Positions 11,958-24,752 are shown, counted from the stretch's first letter. The stretch is DNA of 46,269 nt from Calcarisporiella thermophila CBS 279.70 (GCF_041956535.1 NW_027192239.1:1-46269), one strand, 5' to 3'. Numbers and translations are program-made. The notes: generated from the sequence alone by a model not told the origin.

Positions 11958-13955
11958 TTAATGGATGTATCGATAGCTAGGATGTGCATCTCCTAGCTCG
12001 CTGTTCCCTTCCAGAGATCGTTGCTCCTCGCTTAGAATTTGATTGTCACGCCGCTGATTTTCTTGTATCAAGACCCATTTGAGGCCCGCAGCTAATAATA
12101 TGTAGACTCCACACAGTACCGCAGATATACCTAGGGAACCGCAGAATGATTGGAGACTATTTTTGGAGATCATAAGCTACTAAAGTGCTATTTACAGAAT
12201 CCTCGTGCTAGTACCAAGTTCCATTTTTGGGAAGGTAGAAGAGGGAGGAGGCGTTAGCCCACACATATCATCAAAAGCCTGTAGAGTAAAATTACTATAT
12301 GGGGGACCCGCAGAATAAATATAACCTGATATTATCCCCGACATACTCGCTACAGCATCAATGATTGCAATAGATGTCGCTTTCTTGTAGTGGCCCTACG
12401 GAAAGTCATGAATCGATAGTTAATGATGGAGCTTTAGATTATGGCCTGATAGAAAATATATACTGCAAATGCATTTGAGAACCAAGTTATAAGGGGTATC
12501 TGCGACGAAAAATTCCCCGCGTTCAGAAAGAACACAGCCGTATATTGCATTTTTGGATCCCAGTCTTTCACCAACAACCCTACGTAGGCAAAGAACGACA
12601 CTACTCTTGGTAGAATCGTGTGTAATCCGCGTTCGGTGAGTCGTTCACTCGACATTGAAACGATGACTGCCATAAGGATGGCAAATATATGCGGAGGAAC
12701 TGTCATCAGGTTTGAATAAATGGGTTCAAATGTACCCAAATCACGAATAATCGTCGGTAAGTAGTAAGTTATTGCAAGATTGATAACGGCATGTAGGGTT
12801 ATCAAAATGGCGAATACCCAAGTCTTATAATCAAGGATTGCAGCTTTAATATGAACTGTAATGCAAATGTATAGGCGGTTATTAAGCTAAAATAGCGATG
12901 ATAAATCGACAGTAAGGGATTGCTCTATTTACGAAGCTTAAGCTTGACATCAGTGCGAGAGAGACTATCCGAAGCAATTATACGCTTGGCTGCCAACCTC
13001 CTATGTTCAAGACACAAAAAGATGGCAGTATCCGGTTTTGAGGGAAAGGTAAAGAATGTGACAGATCCAAAGACTAAGGATGCACCGCCTTCCAAGATAA
13101 ATATCCAGCGCCAACTACTTAATCCCGCAGCACCCTCTAAGTTTCTTTGTATTGCATACGCTATTAGCCCCCCGAATGCGTTGCCGAACAAGCTACTGCA
13201 TTGGAGAATCATCATGCGGCGCATCTATGCAATTCTCCGTGCTGTTCAGTATTGATGAGATCTCGTTGCAGAGCAAGTGAAAGAAAATATACCATTTCTT
13301 CACGCTTGTAAAAGGTTGTCAGATAAACCGTCAGGCCGGCTGCGATTCCACTTTCGGCTGCTCCTAGGAAAAATCTAGTGAGCACAAGGTGAGAGTATTC
13401 GCTTACTGCAGCATGGCATATGGTTGCTATGCTCCAAGCCGTTATACTGACTGGAATCCAACGTGAGGCGCCTACTTTGGTAATCAAGAGATTCGTGGGA
13501 ATTTCAAGAGCGATATAGCCTTGATAGTAAAGTACAGGTTAACACGAGAACATATTTGTGGGGGAATGTTACCTACTGGCATAAAAGACGCCAATGATGA
13601 CGGCATAATCTTGCGCAGTTAGTTGAAGTGCGTCCATGAGACCCATCACCTTTGCGTTGGCTCTTCATGATGCTCTAGTTAGGTGTCAATCTAATTAGCT
13701 TACGAATAGAGTATTCACACACATTATTCCTCGATCTAATTGCGAAAAAAAATAGAGCATGACAACTTGGGCTACCAAAGGTTATAAAGATGACCATGGT
13801 CAAGGAAAGGTTGTAGCAGGAGCAATAGTTGACTTACGCAACAGGAATAGGTCTAGTTTTTTCACCACCTTTTTCTCCTCATCTGGGTCGATGTCTTCTT
13901 GTGTATCATAAATTCTATCCATCACAACTACTCTTAATGGGTCTTCCCGTGTCAT
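11958..13955 (-). CDS. MFS transporter, anion:cation symporter (ACS; Dal5/Tna1-like) family, multi-exon
   Basis: Exon 1 from ATG 13955 ends EKKVVKKLDLFLLP; then LYFFSQLDRG, NAK, LEIPTNLL, RFFLGAAESG, YLTTFYKREE, WRWIFILEG, ENQRRD...YRYIH stop. Not every splice site was resolved. Confidence 0.88.
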
Positions 13956-14483
13956 TAGTTAAATCCACCTACATTTTATATATCCTTTCTCGTGCATTTC
14001 GTATATCCGGCTAATCGATATGCCATGATCATATGCTTGTGCGCCACTTCAGAGGAATTTTATACTTAATCCCACACGTTCAAATGGGATTTAGGAGCGT
14101 GCATCCAAATGCCCCACGCTCCAGCTTCCTCTTGAGATAAAAGCTATAAGAATTTAAATTAGGGGTTGATTATGTAATTACATTTTTAAAATATTCGAGT
14201 TTATGTTCTATGCTAGACTTTATGAAATCTTCGAAAAATTGATCTTTCCTATGATAATACTCGGCGACCAAAGCAAAAACACCAAGAAATCCTCATTTTT
14301 ATTGTCAGATTAGAGCACTTTAATTTCTCGAACACTTCGCCACAATATTGGCGAATATGGTCGAATTACCAAGATTGCCAAGGAAAATCGATTCATCTCT
14401 TTCTGTTGTAAAGCCACTGAAAAACTTATTTAAGTATAACTCGCCCCAATTTAAAAGTTTAACAACAATCCTGAAATCTTAAA

Positions 14484-14951
14484 ATGTCTACTCCTACTCG
14501 TGCAGTTAACCGCAATTTTACCAGTACCACTTTTGAATTCCCTGGCTATACAATTGCTCAAATACATGGGGTTGTAAGAGGGATCACGGTTAGGAATCCT
14601 AATGTATGTATATTTGCAATTAGTTGCACATTGTATACTGCTTAATTTTACGGATGATTAACTTTGCAATGCTCATCTTAGATCGGTAAAGCTTTTGTGG
14701 CTACTCTTGCTTCGATCGGCGGTGGAGAAAACTCTGGTTATTTGGAAATGGCGGAAAAAGCTCGAGAAACTGCTTTTCAACGACTTTTGGAACACGCAGC
14801 GGCGGCTGGTGGAAATGCGGTGCTCGGAATTCGATATGATGCCAATGAAATCATGGAGGGCATGACTGAAGTTTTAGCTTATGGAACTGCTGTAACCCTC
14901 GTTCCTATCAATCAACCTACTCAACCATCTTATGGCAGTTACAAGTACTAG
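14484..14951 (+). CDS. YbjQ/UPF0145 family (putative heavy-metal-binding) protein, copy 1; intron 14604-14681
   Basis: TTFEFPGY.I...GVVRGITVR.PN|IG...GGE..Y..MAEKARE.A..RL..A...GGNAVLGIRYD...EVLAYGTAV is the family signature. Confidence 0.9.
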
Positions 14952-15682
14952 ACACTTAAACCATTATAGGTTATCAAAATCCATTGTAAGTTGGTATATA
15001 ATTGCTTGCATTTTAATTTTAATACTAGTGCCGTTTTAGAGAAATTTACATGTTTATGAGTCTTTGAATTTTTCTGTGATCGATAATATGAAAAATAATA
15101 ACATATAATGGGATATATTTTCAATATTATGAATAGTATGACCCATGGAGACCATTCAAATTAAGGTAGTGATAAATTAATTTATAAATATTCATTAGCA
15201 GGGTTAAAATTCAAATACAAGTTCAATAGTTTGCATACATCACTCAACTATAGCAGTTTGGAGCAAATACATATACACTTTATATAATGACCGTCGTGTA
15301 TATATATAGTAGCCATTATTGTGCAAATGTTTTGGCTCTGAAGCTTTCATTGAAGCTCGGAGGGCATTCATAAGCTACATTATAGCTAGAATTATAGCCG
15401 GTTGTTATTGTATTTCCAATGTTCCTATGTAATACAATCACTATCCCAATCCTAAATTAGAAGGTTAAGCAAACGTAATCGCGTATAAATGCTCAGGCTA
15501 TTACAATCATTAAATGTTTTCTGAATAGCACGACAATATCATGATATTCATACAGTTTTCCAAATGAAGTCGATAAGGATTTTCCTAAAAAGCACTAAAA
15601 TCCAAGCACAGCCACATTTTTGCCCTCTATATGACTTCATAGTTTACCGTGTTGTATTCTTCTATTACCCATCTTAGAAAAC

Positions 15683-16216
15683 ATGGCAGCAACGGCCCGT
15701 GCAGTAGACCGTCGCTTCACTAGTACTACTTTTGATTTCCCTGGATATAAAATTGCTCAGATCCATGGTGTCGTGAGGGGAATCACGGTCCGAAACCCCA
15801 ATGTGAGTTGTTCAATTTTATAAAAGCTGCAAGATTACTGGTCATATATGCTGCGATAAACCTACGTATTTTTGGTTAACCTTTTGTTTTTCTCTCCATG
15901 AATTTAATTTATTTAGATCGGTAAAGCTTTTGTTGCTGGCATTGCCGCCATTGGTGGTGGAGAAAATTCCGGTTACCTGGAGATGGCAGAAAAAGCTCGA
16001 GAGAAATCTTTTCAGCGCCTCCTGGAGCATGCAGCAGCTGCTGGCGGAAATGCTGTCCTTGGAATTCGATACGATGCTAATGATATTATGCAAGGAATGA
16101 CTGAAGTTTTAGCTTATGGGACTGCCGTCACTCTTGTTCCTATCAATGGTCCGCCTCCTTCTGGTGCGTCCCAATCTTCTCCGTCTTGTCCTTCACTGGA
16201 CGATATTAAGCGCTAA
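15683..16216 (+). CDS. YbjQ/UPF0145 family protein, copy 2; intron 15803-15916
   Basis: Near-identical protein to copy 1 with the intron at the same codon (RNPN|IGK). Confidence 0.9.
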
Positions 16217-16701
16217 TTTGCATGAACTTTTGGTTTCATTTAACATGTTATGAGTGAATATAAACTGGCTGTTTGTATCATTCCAATTTTTATAGTAAAA
16301 TGACGCAAGCGTATTAAGGAAGCATTTTGCAATCACGTTTTCATCTTTATTCTAAATGGTAACCAATATAATAAAAGTTTAACCAGATTTATTTTTATGA
16401 AAGTTATATCTTGATATTAATGCGACATAATTGGCTTTGTCCACTGCATCCTTTAGATAATGAATGCATTTTGCTTGGAAAATGTGTACCCAATATCAAG
16501 TGGAGAGTATATAAAATGTATGGTATTCGGTTAATCTTCGATGTAACCATCAAAAATGAAGCAATTGTTAACAATAATAGCAAGTTCCATTTTCTCACCT
16601 TCAGTCTATCCCAAGAAGAGCTAGTCTTTATTGTTCGTAATTGTAGGTAGAGCTCCAAGTGATTCTTGAGAAGACTCATTGATGGGAGTTGTAGTTGAAC
16701 C

Positions 16702-17034
16702 TCAGTTGGGAACAGTTGTAGGTTTTACAACTGTAACATACACCGTTCTTTTAATAGTAGGCTGCGTATATACATAGAACTTAGAGGGCGATAAGTAGAT
16801 AGTTATCGTCGATGTAACTGTTCTGGGTTTATCTCGGATTCTATCGGTCCCCAGCAAGTTGATTGCATCAGCAATATCAAAGGGATAAGTATACCATCCG
16901 TTATTTACTCTATATTCAATAACTCCGTTATCAATTTCTCCTAACACGGTTGCGCGTTTTCCAAGTTGCGAAGCAGCGTGAAGCAGAGCAATAAGTGAAA
17001 AAATAGCAGAAAATAATAGAATAAAAGCCCACAT
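16702..17034 (-). CDS. Small secreted protein (signal peptide, KR dibasic site, Thr-rich tail); possibly truncated
   Basis: MWAFILLFSAIFSLIALLHA hydrophobic leader; LGKR; T/V/P-rich C-terminus. No family recognised. Confidence 0.5.
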   Translation of the reverse strand: MWAFILLFSAIFSLIALLHAASQLGKRATVLGEIDNGVIEYRVNNGWYTYPFDIADAINLLGTDRIRDKPRTVTSTITIYLSPSKFYVYTQPTIKRTVYVTVVKPTTVPN

Positions 17035-17963
17035 AGCATTTTAGAAATCCAAAGTGAGAGTTAATTACCTTTGGAGATTAAGATAGAGTTTGAATATAGA
17101 TGTGGTAATGGTCCAAAATCTCAGTAACATCAAAATAAGTTACTAATTCTTATGAAAGTTTGGCGGCGAAAGTTATTTTTTTTTTACCCTGGCGTATAAC
17201 AACTTTGGTATAAGGCTAAATTTTGATTTATCTTCAACACCACTTCACCCCTCCATTGGTCCTGATTGTGGTTCTAAGTACAGGCAACGGCATATATTAT
17301 CATATTGTTAAATGATTCTGGTTAAACATAAAGTTGCTGACTGGCTTTTCAATGAGGTGTATTTAAGGGAAACCAGCAAATTTTGGATATTTTCCAGGGT
17401 GTAAAGTGTTTCAATTAGAAATCAAGATTGATATTTATTTGGTTACTAAGTATGGACATCATGATCCACTCTTTATTTCGTCTCTCTGGTTACTAGCAAA
17501 GTGGGTTATAGTTTAGCGTACGGTGGATGGCTGGAAGAATCAGATACTCATAAAACTATATTTATATTTGATATTTGCAGGCCACCTCATCATTAAGCAG
17601 AAGCCATGGCTTCTATTTTCCTGATCCTTTTATGCAAATACACTTTAAAATACTGTACCTTAATGCTTATAGCTCAAATAGGGGTACCAAGCTAGATAAT
17701 CGAAAATAATTTGATGGTTACTTCAAAAATAATCTATTTTTATTTTTATTTTTTTATTTTTTACAAAGTATTAGATATAAGTAATTCATCTCAATTACAT
17801 TCAAGCATTTATTTTGTGGCACTGTTATAGTGGAGGATACAACGAGATCCCTGCTCAGCTCCATTTAATAGCAAAACATTGGGTCAGGCTATTTCCGTCA
17901 TAATGCAAACTAACTTTTAGAATCAACCACTCGGCCGTGTTCGGATTAATTATAAATGCTCAA

Positions 17964-19810
17964 TTATGGTGTAGCTGGCTTGATGGCGATGGTCCGTTGT
18001 TTAGGGCTATTAATGAGCTTCAATTCTTCCTGCGAAAACACAAAATTTTTCATCTCTTCTAATGCCTCTACGATTTGTTGCACCATCCACCCCTCTATGA
18101 CTCCCTTTTGCGCAATAGAATGCAGTAAATGAAGTGCCTGAGCTAATTCCCGAAAGACCAGACGTCGCATTGCAATAGAGGGATGGGTATGCGATATAAA
18201 TATACAATTTTCACATATCAGCTGTATTACTACAAATGGGTAATTTTTGCACCAGTTTCGATTAGAAATGGCGGCTTGTAGAGACTTAATGCTATGAGTC
18301 AAACCCTAAAAAAAATGAAGTAACAATAAATAACTTGTAATTCATATAGATCATTGGGCCATTGATATACCTTGACAAATTCAATAAGGGCTTTCGCTTG
18401 CAGTTGCTGCATCGTGTCTGTTTCTAGTCTTCCTGGAGGCGCATCTGATTTGATAAAACACTTCCAAAGTAAACACCAGTGAAGCCAAAAAAAAAGATTG
18501 GCATCGAAGTTGTGATATTTGGGCAGGATATCGTCCTTACTATAAAACATTAATTCATCTAGGTCTCGCTGTAAGAAAGCGGCGAGGTTGAGGAGTTGTT
18601 GGGTGATGAGAAAATCAGGAAGTGACCAATCGATGTTCTTGAGCTCCATCATTTTGGTTGCGAATATAATCTCTTGCATTATATGTAGCTATCGAATTTG
18701 GTTTTTCCTTAGAATACCATCTGCCAAACCAACGATGCCAACACTTACCAGAGTAACCTTATAGCGCACTCTGTCATTTGAGTTAACAGTAGGTTTAGGA
18801 GAGTTTTTAATTAACTCCAAACTGATTAATGTGGGCTTATCAAATTCGAAACTATAAGAAAGCTCGCGTTTACAAATAAAGCTCCTTTAGATAAAGTGAA
18901 AAAAGTCAGTTTATCTCGAAGACATACATGACCGATAGCAATGATTATAGCCCACTAACCAGATTCTTCGTCGAAACTCTATTTGTACGGGATCTTGGTC
19001 ACTGGGATCGTCCCTATCCATTCGAAGAGCGAATGCCATCAGCACAGCTTGAGAATAAAAGCTGTAAGCCTCATCAAACCGGCCAAGCCAGCGCATACAA
19101 GTTTCCATGTTAAGAAAGGCAAGCACCCCCTGCGGAGAAGGAGCATCGAATATATCCTCCAAAGATTCCCTTGCTTGGGTGAGTATTCTTCCAATGGCGA
19201 GATGAACCTGGCGTATTTTGGGTGTCTGCGGATGGGCTAGCAACAGGTGTACTGCTGAAAAAGCGATAGCAGTGTGGACCAATGCCGGTTCAAGCTCGTT
19301 TTGATAATAGCTTTCGAGAAAGGATGCTTGATCTGGATGCATCAGGTAATAAAAGCAATCGCTCAGGTATACGTGAAAGAGGCGATCTGAGAGTTTGCGC
19401 TTGATTGTATTAGTTTTTGTGGGCTGCTTGATGTCTATCTCTTTAATTGGTTTCGAGATAAGATTTACATCAAATATCGTACAGCGTTGCGAAGAAAAAT
19501 TTTGATCTCCATGTACGGGAAGATTACACTGAAATTGATATTCACGTAGGAAAGAACCTTTGTCCATGAATTGCGCACTTAGAAGACGATGTAGATCCCC
19601 AACGGAGGTTAATCTAAGTTCAAAACGCAAAGCATCAGCAGTCGAGAGGAGGCTCCAAGAGTCCATGTGATCTTGAGAGTGAGCTTCGGATTCATTTTGA
19701 TTGCTGCCGGGAGATATTGAGGAAGTGATGCTCGTTAACTCTACTGGGCAATGAAATTGGGTAGAGGGTGTTGCAGCATCGACTAACTGCAGGGAAACAT
19801 ACTTGCCCAT
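17964..19810 (-). CDS. Fungal-specific transcription-factor (Fungal_trans/MHR) domain protein, multi-exon, no Zn2Cys6 cluster seen
   Basis: LFHVYL...HP...FL, LVHTAIAFSA, AYSFYSQAVLMAFALRMD, EFRRRIW|SFI; spliced exons continue to the stop at 17964. TATAAA about 50 nt upstream of the ATG. Confidence 0.8.
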
Positions 19811-20728
19811 TACATGAAGGGATTAATTGAAATTTTTCACTCGATCACTTGGCTTTATATTTTGTCAAATATCAAATGATAAAATCGATCCAAAGGAGAC
19901 CGTAAGTTTAAGATTAAAATTGACTGTTCAAGATTTGTCTCTCTTTAAAATACTGGGGGGATATTTGTGCAATTTAATTTAGAAAGAAACTAAAATAGAT
20001 CCTATAGAACATTTTGACCAAGAAAACTATAAAGAATATCAACTTCTATAGTCAAACATATTGGTAACTAAACATTTTTATATTTGAGTCCTCCCCTCCA
20101 AAAAAAAAAATAATAACATATTTATGAGAATTAGGCCATATATTTATAAATTGATGGGATTTAGAATATAAAAAGGGCCTTTACACATTCAATGCGAAAT
20201 GTAATGTGCAATTTTACAAATGTTGTATCATGGCGCAACTCGCAAGGCATATGAGAGGTTGGTTAACTTTCTTCATTGGTTCCAATTATGTAACTTCCTA
20301 TTCAGCTTTGTTGCATCTTAATACTTGGCAATAGAATAATTGTTAAACAAAGTCCAAGGGGAGGAGGGAGTTTGGTAGTGAAATCATTGTTTATCATGGT
20401 CATAGGCCAATACTCTTAGTGCGCCGTGCATTTTTTCGCTACAATAACGAAAAGTGCCAATTTAAAATATGCATTGATTACTAATACTGTACATAGCTTT
20501 ACAAAGTGTTAGATAAATACAGCTTAATAGTACACTGTGGAATGTAATTAGCAAAAACTAAATGTTGCTGGCTTTGCTAATTAAGAAATATATATATCTG
20601 GAAGAAAAACCAAATCTTTGCAGTTTGGTAAACCTTAGTAAAAACTTAGTCCTTGTTGAACATGCTCTGCATGTATACAATGAATTATCCTGAGTCATTA
20701 GGGAAGCACAAAATGTAGCGGACTCGCT

Positions 20729-21711
20729 CTACACACAGTTTGCGCACTGGTGTTTATCGCTTGTGTTGTGTGCCTTAGCAGGAACAGTTATATGAACTGA
20801 GTTACTTCTGCCGGCATGGGCAGACTGGAGTTCGTTTTGTGTATCACTCTTGCAAAGATGATCGAAGTGTTGGTAAGCAGATTGATGTAAGGCTGGATTG
20901 TAGTCTTCAGGAAAAGAAAATGATAGTCCATTGGAAGAGTACTCAGATTTCGAGTATTTAACAGAGAGTGAAATGTTGTAGTAAATCATGTACGAGATTA
21001 GCTTGATGGACAGGTTCATTTCATTCAAGTCTGTGGCCTTTTCGAATTCTTTCTTCCCGAACATGACCATATCGTAGAGGCCGAGGGTCAGGCTGTACCG
21101 ACGAAGCAGGCGTGTACCATCCTTTTGTAGATATACTCGAGTGATGATATGTTCGAAAGCGTGTTTCCGATGATGTGCAGCGAGATCACTTCGTAGATGG
21201 TCATTATCAATCCCGACAAAACATCACTGATGGAGAGCATAATGGCATACTCGTCGCGCACATAGTTTGTTATTGCAAAGCATGCCTATGAAAAGCTGTC
21301 GAGGAAGTTGAATACAATTGCTAAAGCCACAAGAATTCTGTTGAGATGAGAATAGTTGGAAGAGAATATCCTGAGCCTCCTAAAGTAGAGAAATGTGATG
21401 AGAATTTGCGCTACGCTCCAGAAGATCGAGGTCGAGATGGTTAGCGCGTTTTTGTTCTGGAGATTAAACTTCATCGTGTGGTATTGGATTTGTTCGCTCA
21501 AAATGACAAGCTGGGCTATCGTAAGCAATAGAAATTCCCGGCTGCGAATATTCTTGTAAAGAACCGCCTGGGTCATGAAGCTCCCCGAAGTGAAGAGCAG
21601 CTCAACCCCCAATGCACTCGGCCCCGACATGACGCTTTTGGTCAGGTTTAGTGCTTGGAAAAGTCGTATCCTATTACGCATATTTGAAAATGTCATAACT
21701 TGAATATCCAT
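20729..21711 (-). pseudogene. Disrupted multi-pass membrane protein (receptor-like)
   Basis: Hydrophobic frame continues through an in-frame TAG (21286-21288: LDSFS*ACFAIT...) and a 1-nt frameshift near 21090 (GTA/LTLGLYDMVM) into a polar tail. Confidence 0.55.
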
Positions 21712-21965
21712 ACTGTATAATATTACTTTCTAATTCGCTTAAAGAAATTACAGTATGTATAAAATGAATATTATTTGTAATACAGTTCAATCGCTATACA
21801 TTCAATGAAGAATTTCTCTACTCTTCATAGAATTCATACCATTATTACTCGAACTCTGATATTTTTCTTTTTATATCTCTAGTTTTCAAAGTTATTAATA
21901 GTCCTCAATATCAAAAAAAGACCATATGCTGTTTATTAGTCCAAATCGTTTCTGTATACGTAAAT

Positions 21966-23184
21966 CTACATTCCTACATTAGAATGCGCGAGGCAGCCAT
22001 CCACTACGATGGTTGCTCCATTCGTATATGCACCTGCACGAGATGCTAAATAAATACATGTTCCGGCAATATCTTCGGTTGTGCCAGTACGTCCGGATGG
22101 AATTACATTCTTGATAAACTCGTTCAACACCGGTTCACTAAATTGTGAGAGAAAATCTTTGGTCATATCTGTCCGGAAAAAGCCTGGTGAAACTGTATTC
22201 ACAGTGATATTTCGCGGCCCTAGTAGAGGAGCAAGTGCTTCGGTCATCCGATGGAGCCCGGCCTTGGACACACTGTAAGGATAATTTGGTACTGACGAAT
22301 TTACCCATGCTGCAATAGAACCAATCATGATGACACGACTGGGATCTTGTGGCGTACTCTTAGCAGTTAGGAGCGGAATAAGCCTGTCAAAGCAGAAAGA
22401 GGTATTCATTAGCTAGCTATCCGAATTTTTCAAACACTTGGTTCAATCATTTTCAATGCCTCGCTTGAAAGTACCACGAATAGAAATATCTAACTTACGC
22501 CTTGGTTAAAAAATAGGGGGCTTTCAGGTTTACATCCATTAGTTCGTCCCATTTTGCCTCGGTATATGAGTCAAAATCTTGCGAATTATATATCGCTGCA
22601 TTGTTCACCAGCACATCAAGGTGATCTTCACGGTTCTTCAATTCTTCGGCAAGGCAATTTACTCCTTCTGGACTTTGCAAATCGGCGGGAATGCTTATGC
22701 ACTGGCCAGGTCCTTGTTTGCTAAGCCTGGTGGCGACCTAGAGCATATATCAATAGGCAAGGTATATATTCAATCAGACAAAAATAATATACAATTCATA
22801 AGAAAAAGCGCCAATGAAGCGTTTTTCGCATTACCTCCTCACAAACCTTGGCCGATCTACTGGAGATATAGACCTTTGCGCCATTAGAAACGAATCCCTA
22901 TACATGTACCGAGCAGTGCAGATAAAATAAAACGGAGTAAAATTTTAAAAAATAGAATATGTTGCTTTAGATTTTCCAATTGTGATCTTTTCAAGGAGCT
23001 TTTTTTTTAATATACTTACAGTGGCTATCATTTCTCCGATACTAGGTGCAACACAAAATTGGCAATACAGTCATTTGTAAACAAAAACCTATGAACCAAA
23101 AATCATAAATCATGCTTACCCACGACCTCCGCCGGTAACAAGCACAATTTTGTCTTTGACATCAAACAGTTTTGATAATTCCAT
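21966..23184 (-). CDS. Short-chain dehydrogenase/reductase (classical SDR, RhlG-like); 5 exons including a 22-nt micro-exon (23041-23020)
   Basis: LFDVKDKIVLVTGGGRG|IGEMIAT|GFVSNGAKVYISSR; LDVLVNNAA; catalytic YSVSK; VNTVSPG; NGATIVVDG. Confidence 0.92.
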
Positions 23185-23789
23185 GGTGAATTTGCCGAAA
23201 ACTACTACAATAAGGTAATGAGTTTGAGTGAACTTGGAGACAGGTAGGCAAGTGTATTCTACGACATTATTATATATTCTATGTCAAGGTTTAGTCAGTC
23301 ATCACTGATTATCCGTCCTTGGCAAAATCGTTGTTACGTGAGTTATAATAGAATTTCCTAAAATTTCCGTAGCATGCTATAGCTAAAGTGATGATTCACT
23401 GCTTGTTGAATCATTTGTACTAATTTGTAGTTAATGATTTAACTAGAGTCACTGTAAAGGACGGAAGTTAGAGGAAGAGAGTATTTCGCAATGAATTTTT
23501 CCTAGTGTGATTTAGGTTAAGTGAAAGCATTGTATCTTGTTTTTTAGGAAAAATTTCTATTACTAATTGATTTCTGTCGAAATATTTTGCGCCACTTTCT
23601 CCAATCTATACACCTCTGAATTCGAATCATCTTGTTTTAAACTTCAACGAATAAAATTACCAGTAGTTTATAGAATTCGGTGGACTTTGGAGTTTGTAGG
23701 TATGGACTTTATTCAAAGACTTTATTCAAAACCGTCGGGTTTTGCGTTTTTCCGGGCAATTCATGTACTACATTTCAAGTTTGCCATCC

Positions 23790-24021
23790 TGTAACAAGAA
23801 CTATAAACAATATTATTTATTCCGGCGACATCCGACTTCGGATATTGTTACTCTACGTAACCCACTTGTAGAACTTCTTGTGTCTTTTTCCGATTCTTTT
23901 ACCGATTTTCTTACCGAATACTTTACCGAAATTTTACCGAATATTTTTACGGATCTTTTTACGAACTCTTTTTCGTGTAATAAATATTTGTATAATCCGA
24001 ACTCGACTTGTGTTTATTTCA
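23790..24021 (+). mobile_element. Solo LTR (TG...CA) with perfect 5-bp TSD CATCC; related to the LTRs at 29057 and 31270
   Basis: CATCC at 23785-23789 and 24022-24026. Shares TGTAACAAG, CACTTGTAGAACTT, GTGTAATAAA and ACTTGTGTTTATT with the 31270 LTR. Confidence 0.88.
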
Positions 24022-24752
24022 CATCCTCGGGCATAGCCCAGTGAACTTTGGAACCCTCAACATACTCCATAATAAAGTTCATTTTCAAACATAAAACTTA
24101 TCATAACAGATGGGCTTAGAGTGGAGGTAAAGGACAACACAGTTTTTTTTTCTGCTTTATTTACGTTAAACCTTTTTCAAAACTTAAAAGGAAAGCATTT
24201 GATGCTAATAAATGAAATGTTAAAAACTTGGAATTTGTATACGAGGCGTGTCCAACAAGGATATCAATTTTTTTCGAAGGGCATCGCGTAAAATCCACAA
24301 GTATGATAAAGGATATCATGCTGAATAGCGATTGAACTGTATCAGAGTATATTACCTCATCTTACGCCTGGATAAGTTTCCCTCCAGGCAGATTAGCGTG
24401 ATACTGAATTCTAATTAATGTTCCTACTGTATTTTCTTTTAGTCTTCGCATAACCTAATAACTATTTTTTTTTTCGAAATTTGATATTTGGTATGATTTA
24501 TATTCAAATCCTTAGGTGCACTGTAAACCAAAGTACTATATATGGAGACACAATAACATGTCTAAGTATGGATCATATACGAGTAGATTTTATTTTGGAA
24601 TTGTTTGTAAAATATTAGTTCAGTTGAAGTAAAGGATTAGTGATATAAAAAAGTAAATGAGAGAATGATGAGAAATAATCAAGTGGGGAAAAAAACAGAA
24701 AGCAGATAAAACAGATTATCCAGATTATGTTCAATGAGAAAACGTAATATTA

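Noticed and set aside
13770-13790. Apparent non-canonical AC acceptor in the ACS transporter
   Set aside because: A canonical TAG acceptor 9 nt further on gives the expected LLP-x5-Y spacing.
23742-24044. ORF with repeated FTD/FTE units, superficially CRISPR- or repeat-protein-like
   Set aside because: It is a translation of the solo LTR's internal repeats of about 12 bp; there are no unique spacers or cas genes.
24239-24280. TACGAGGCGTGTCC resembles a mariner TIR start
   Set aside because: No convincing inverted partner was found.
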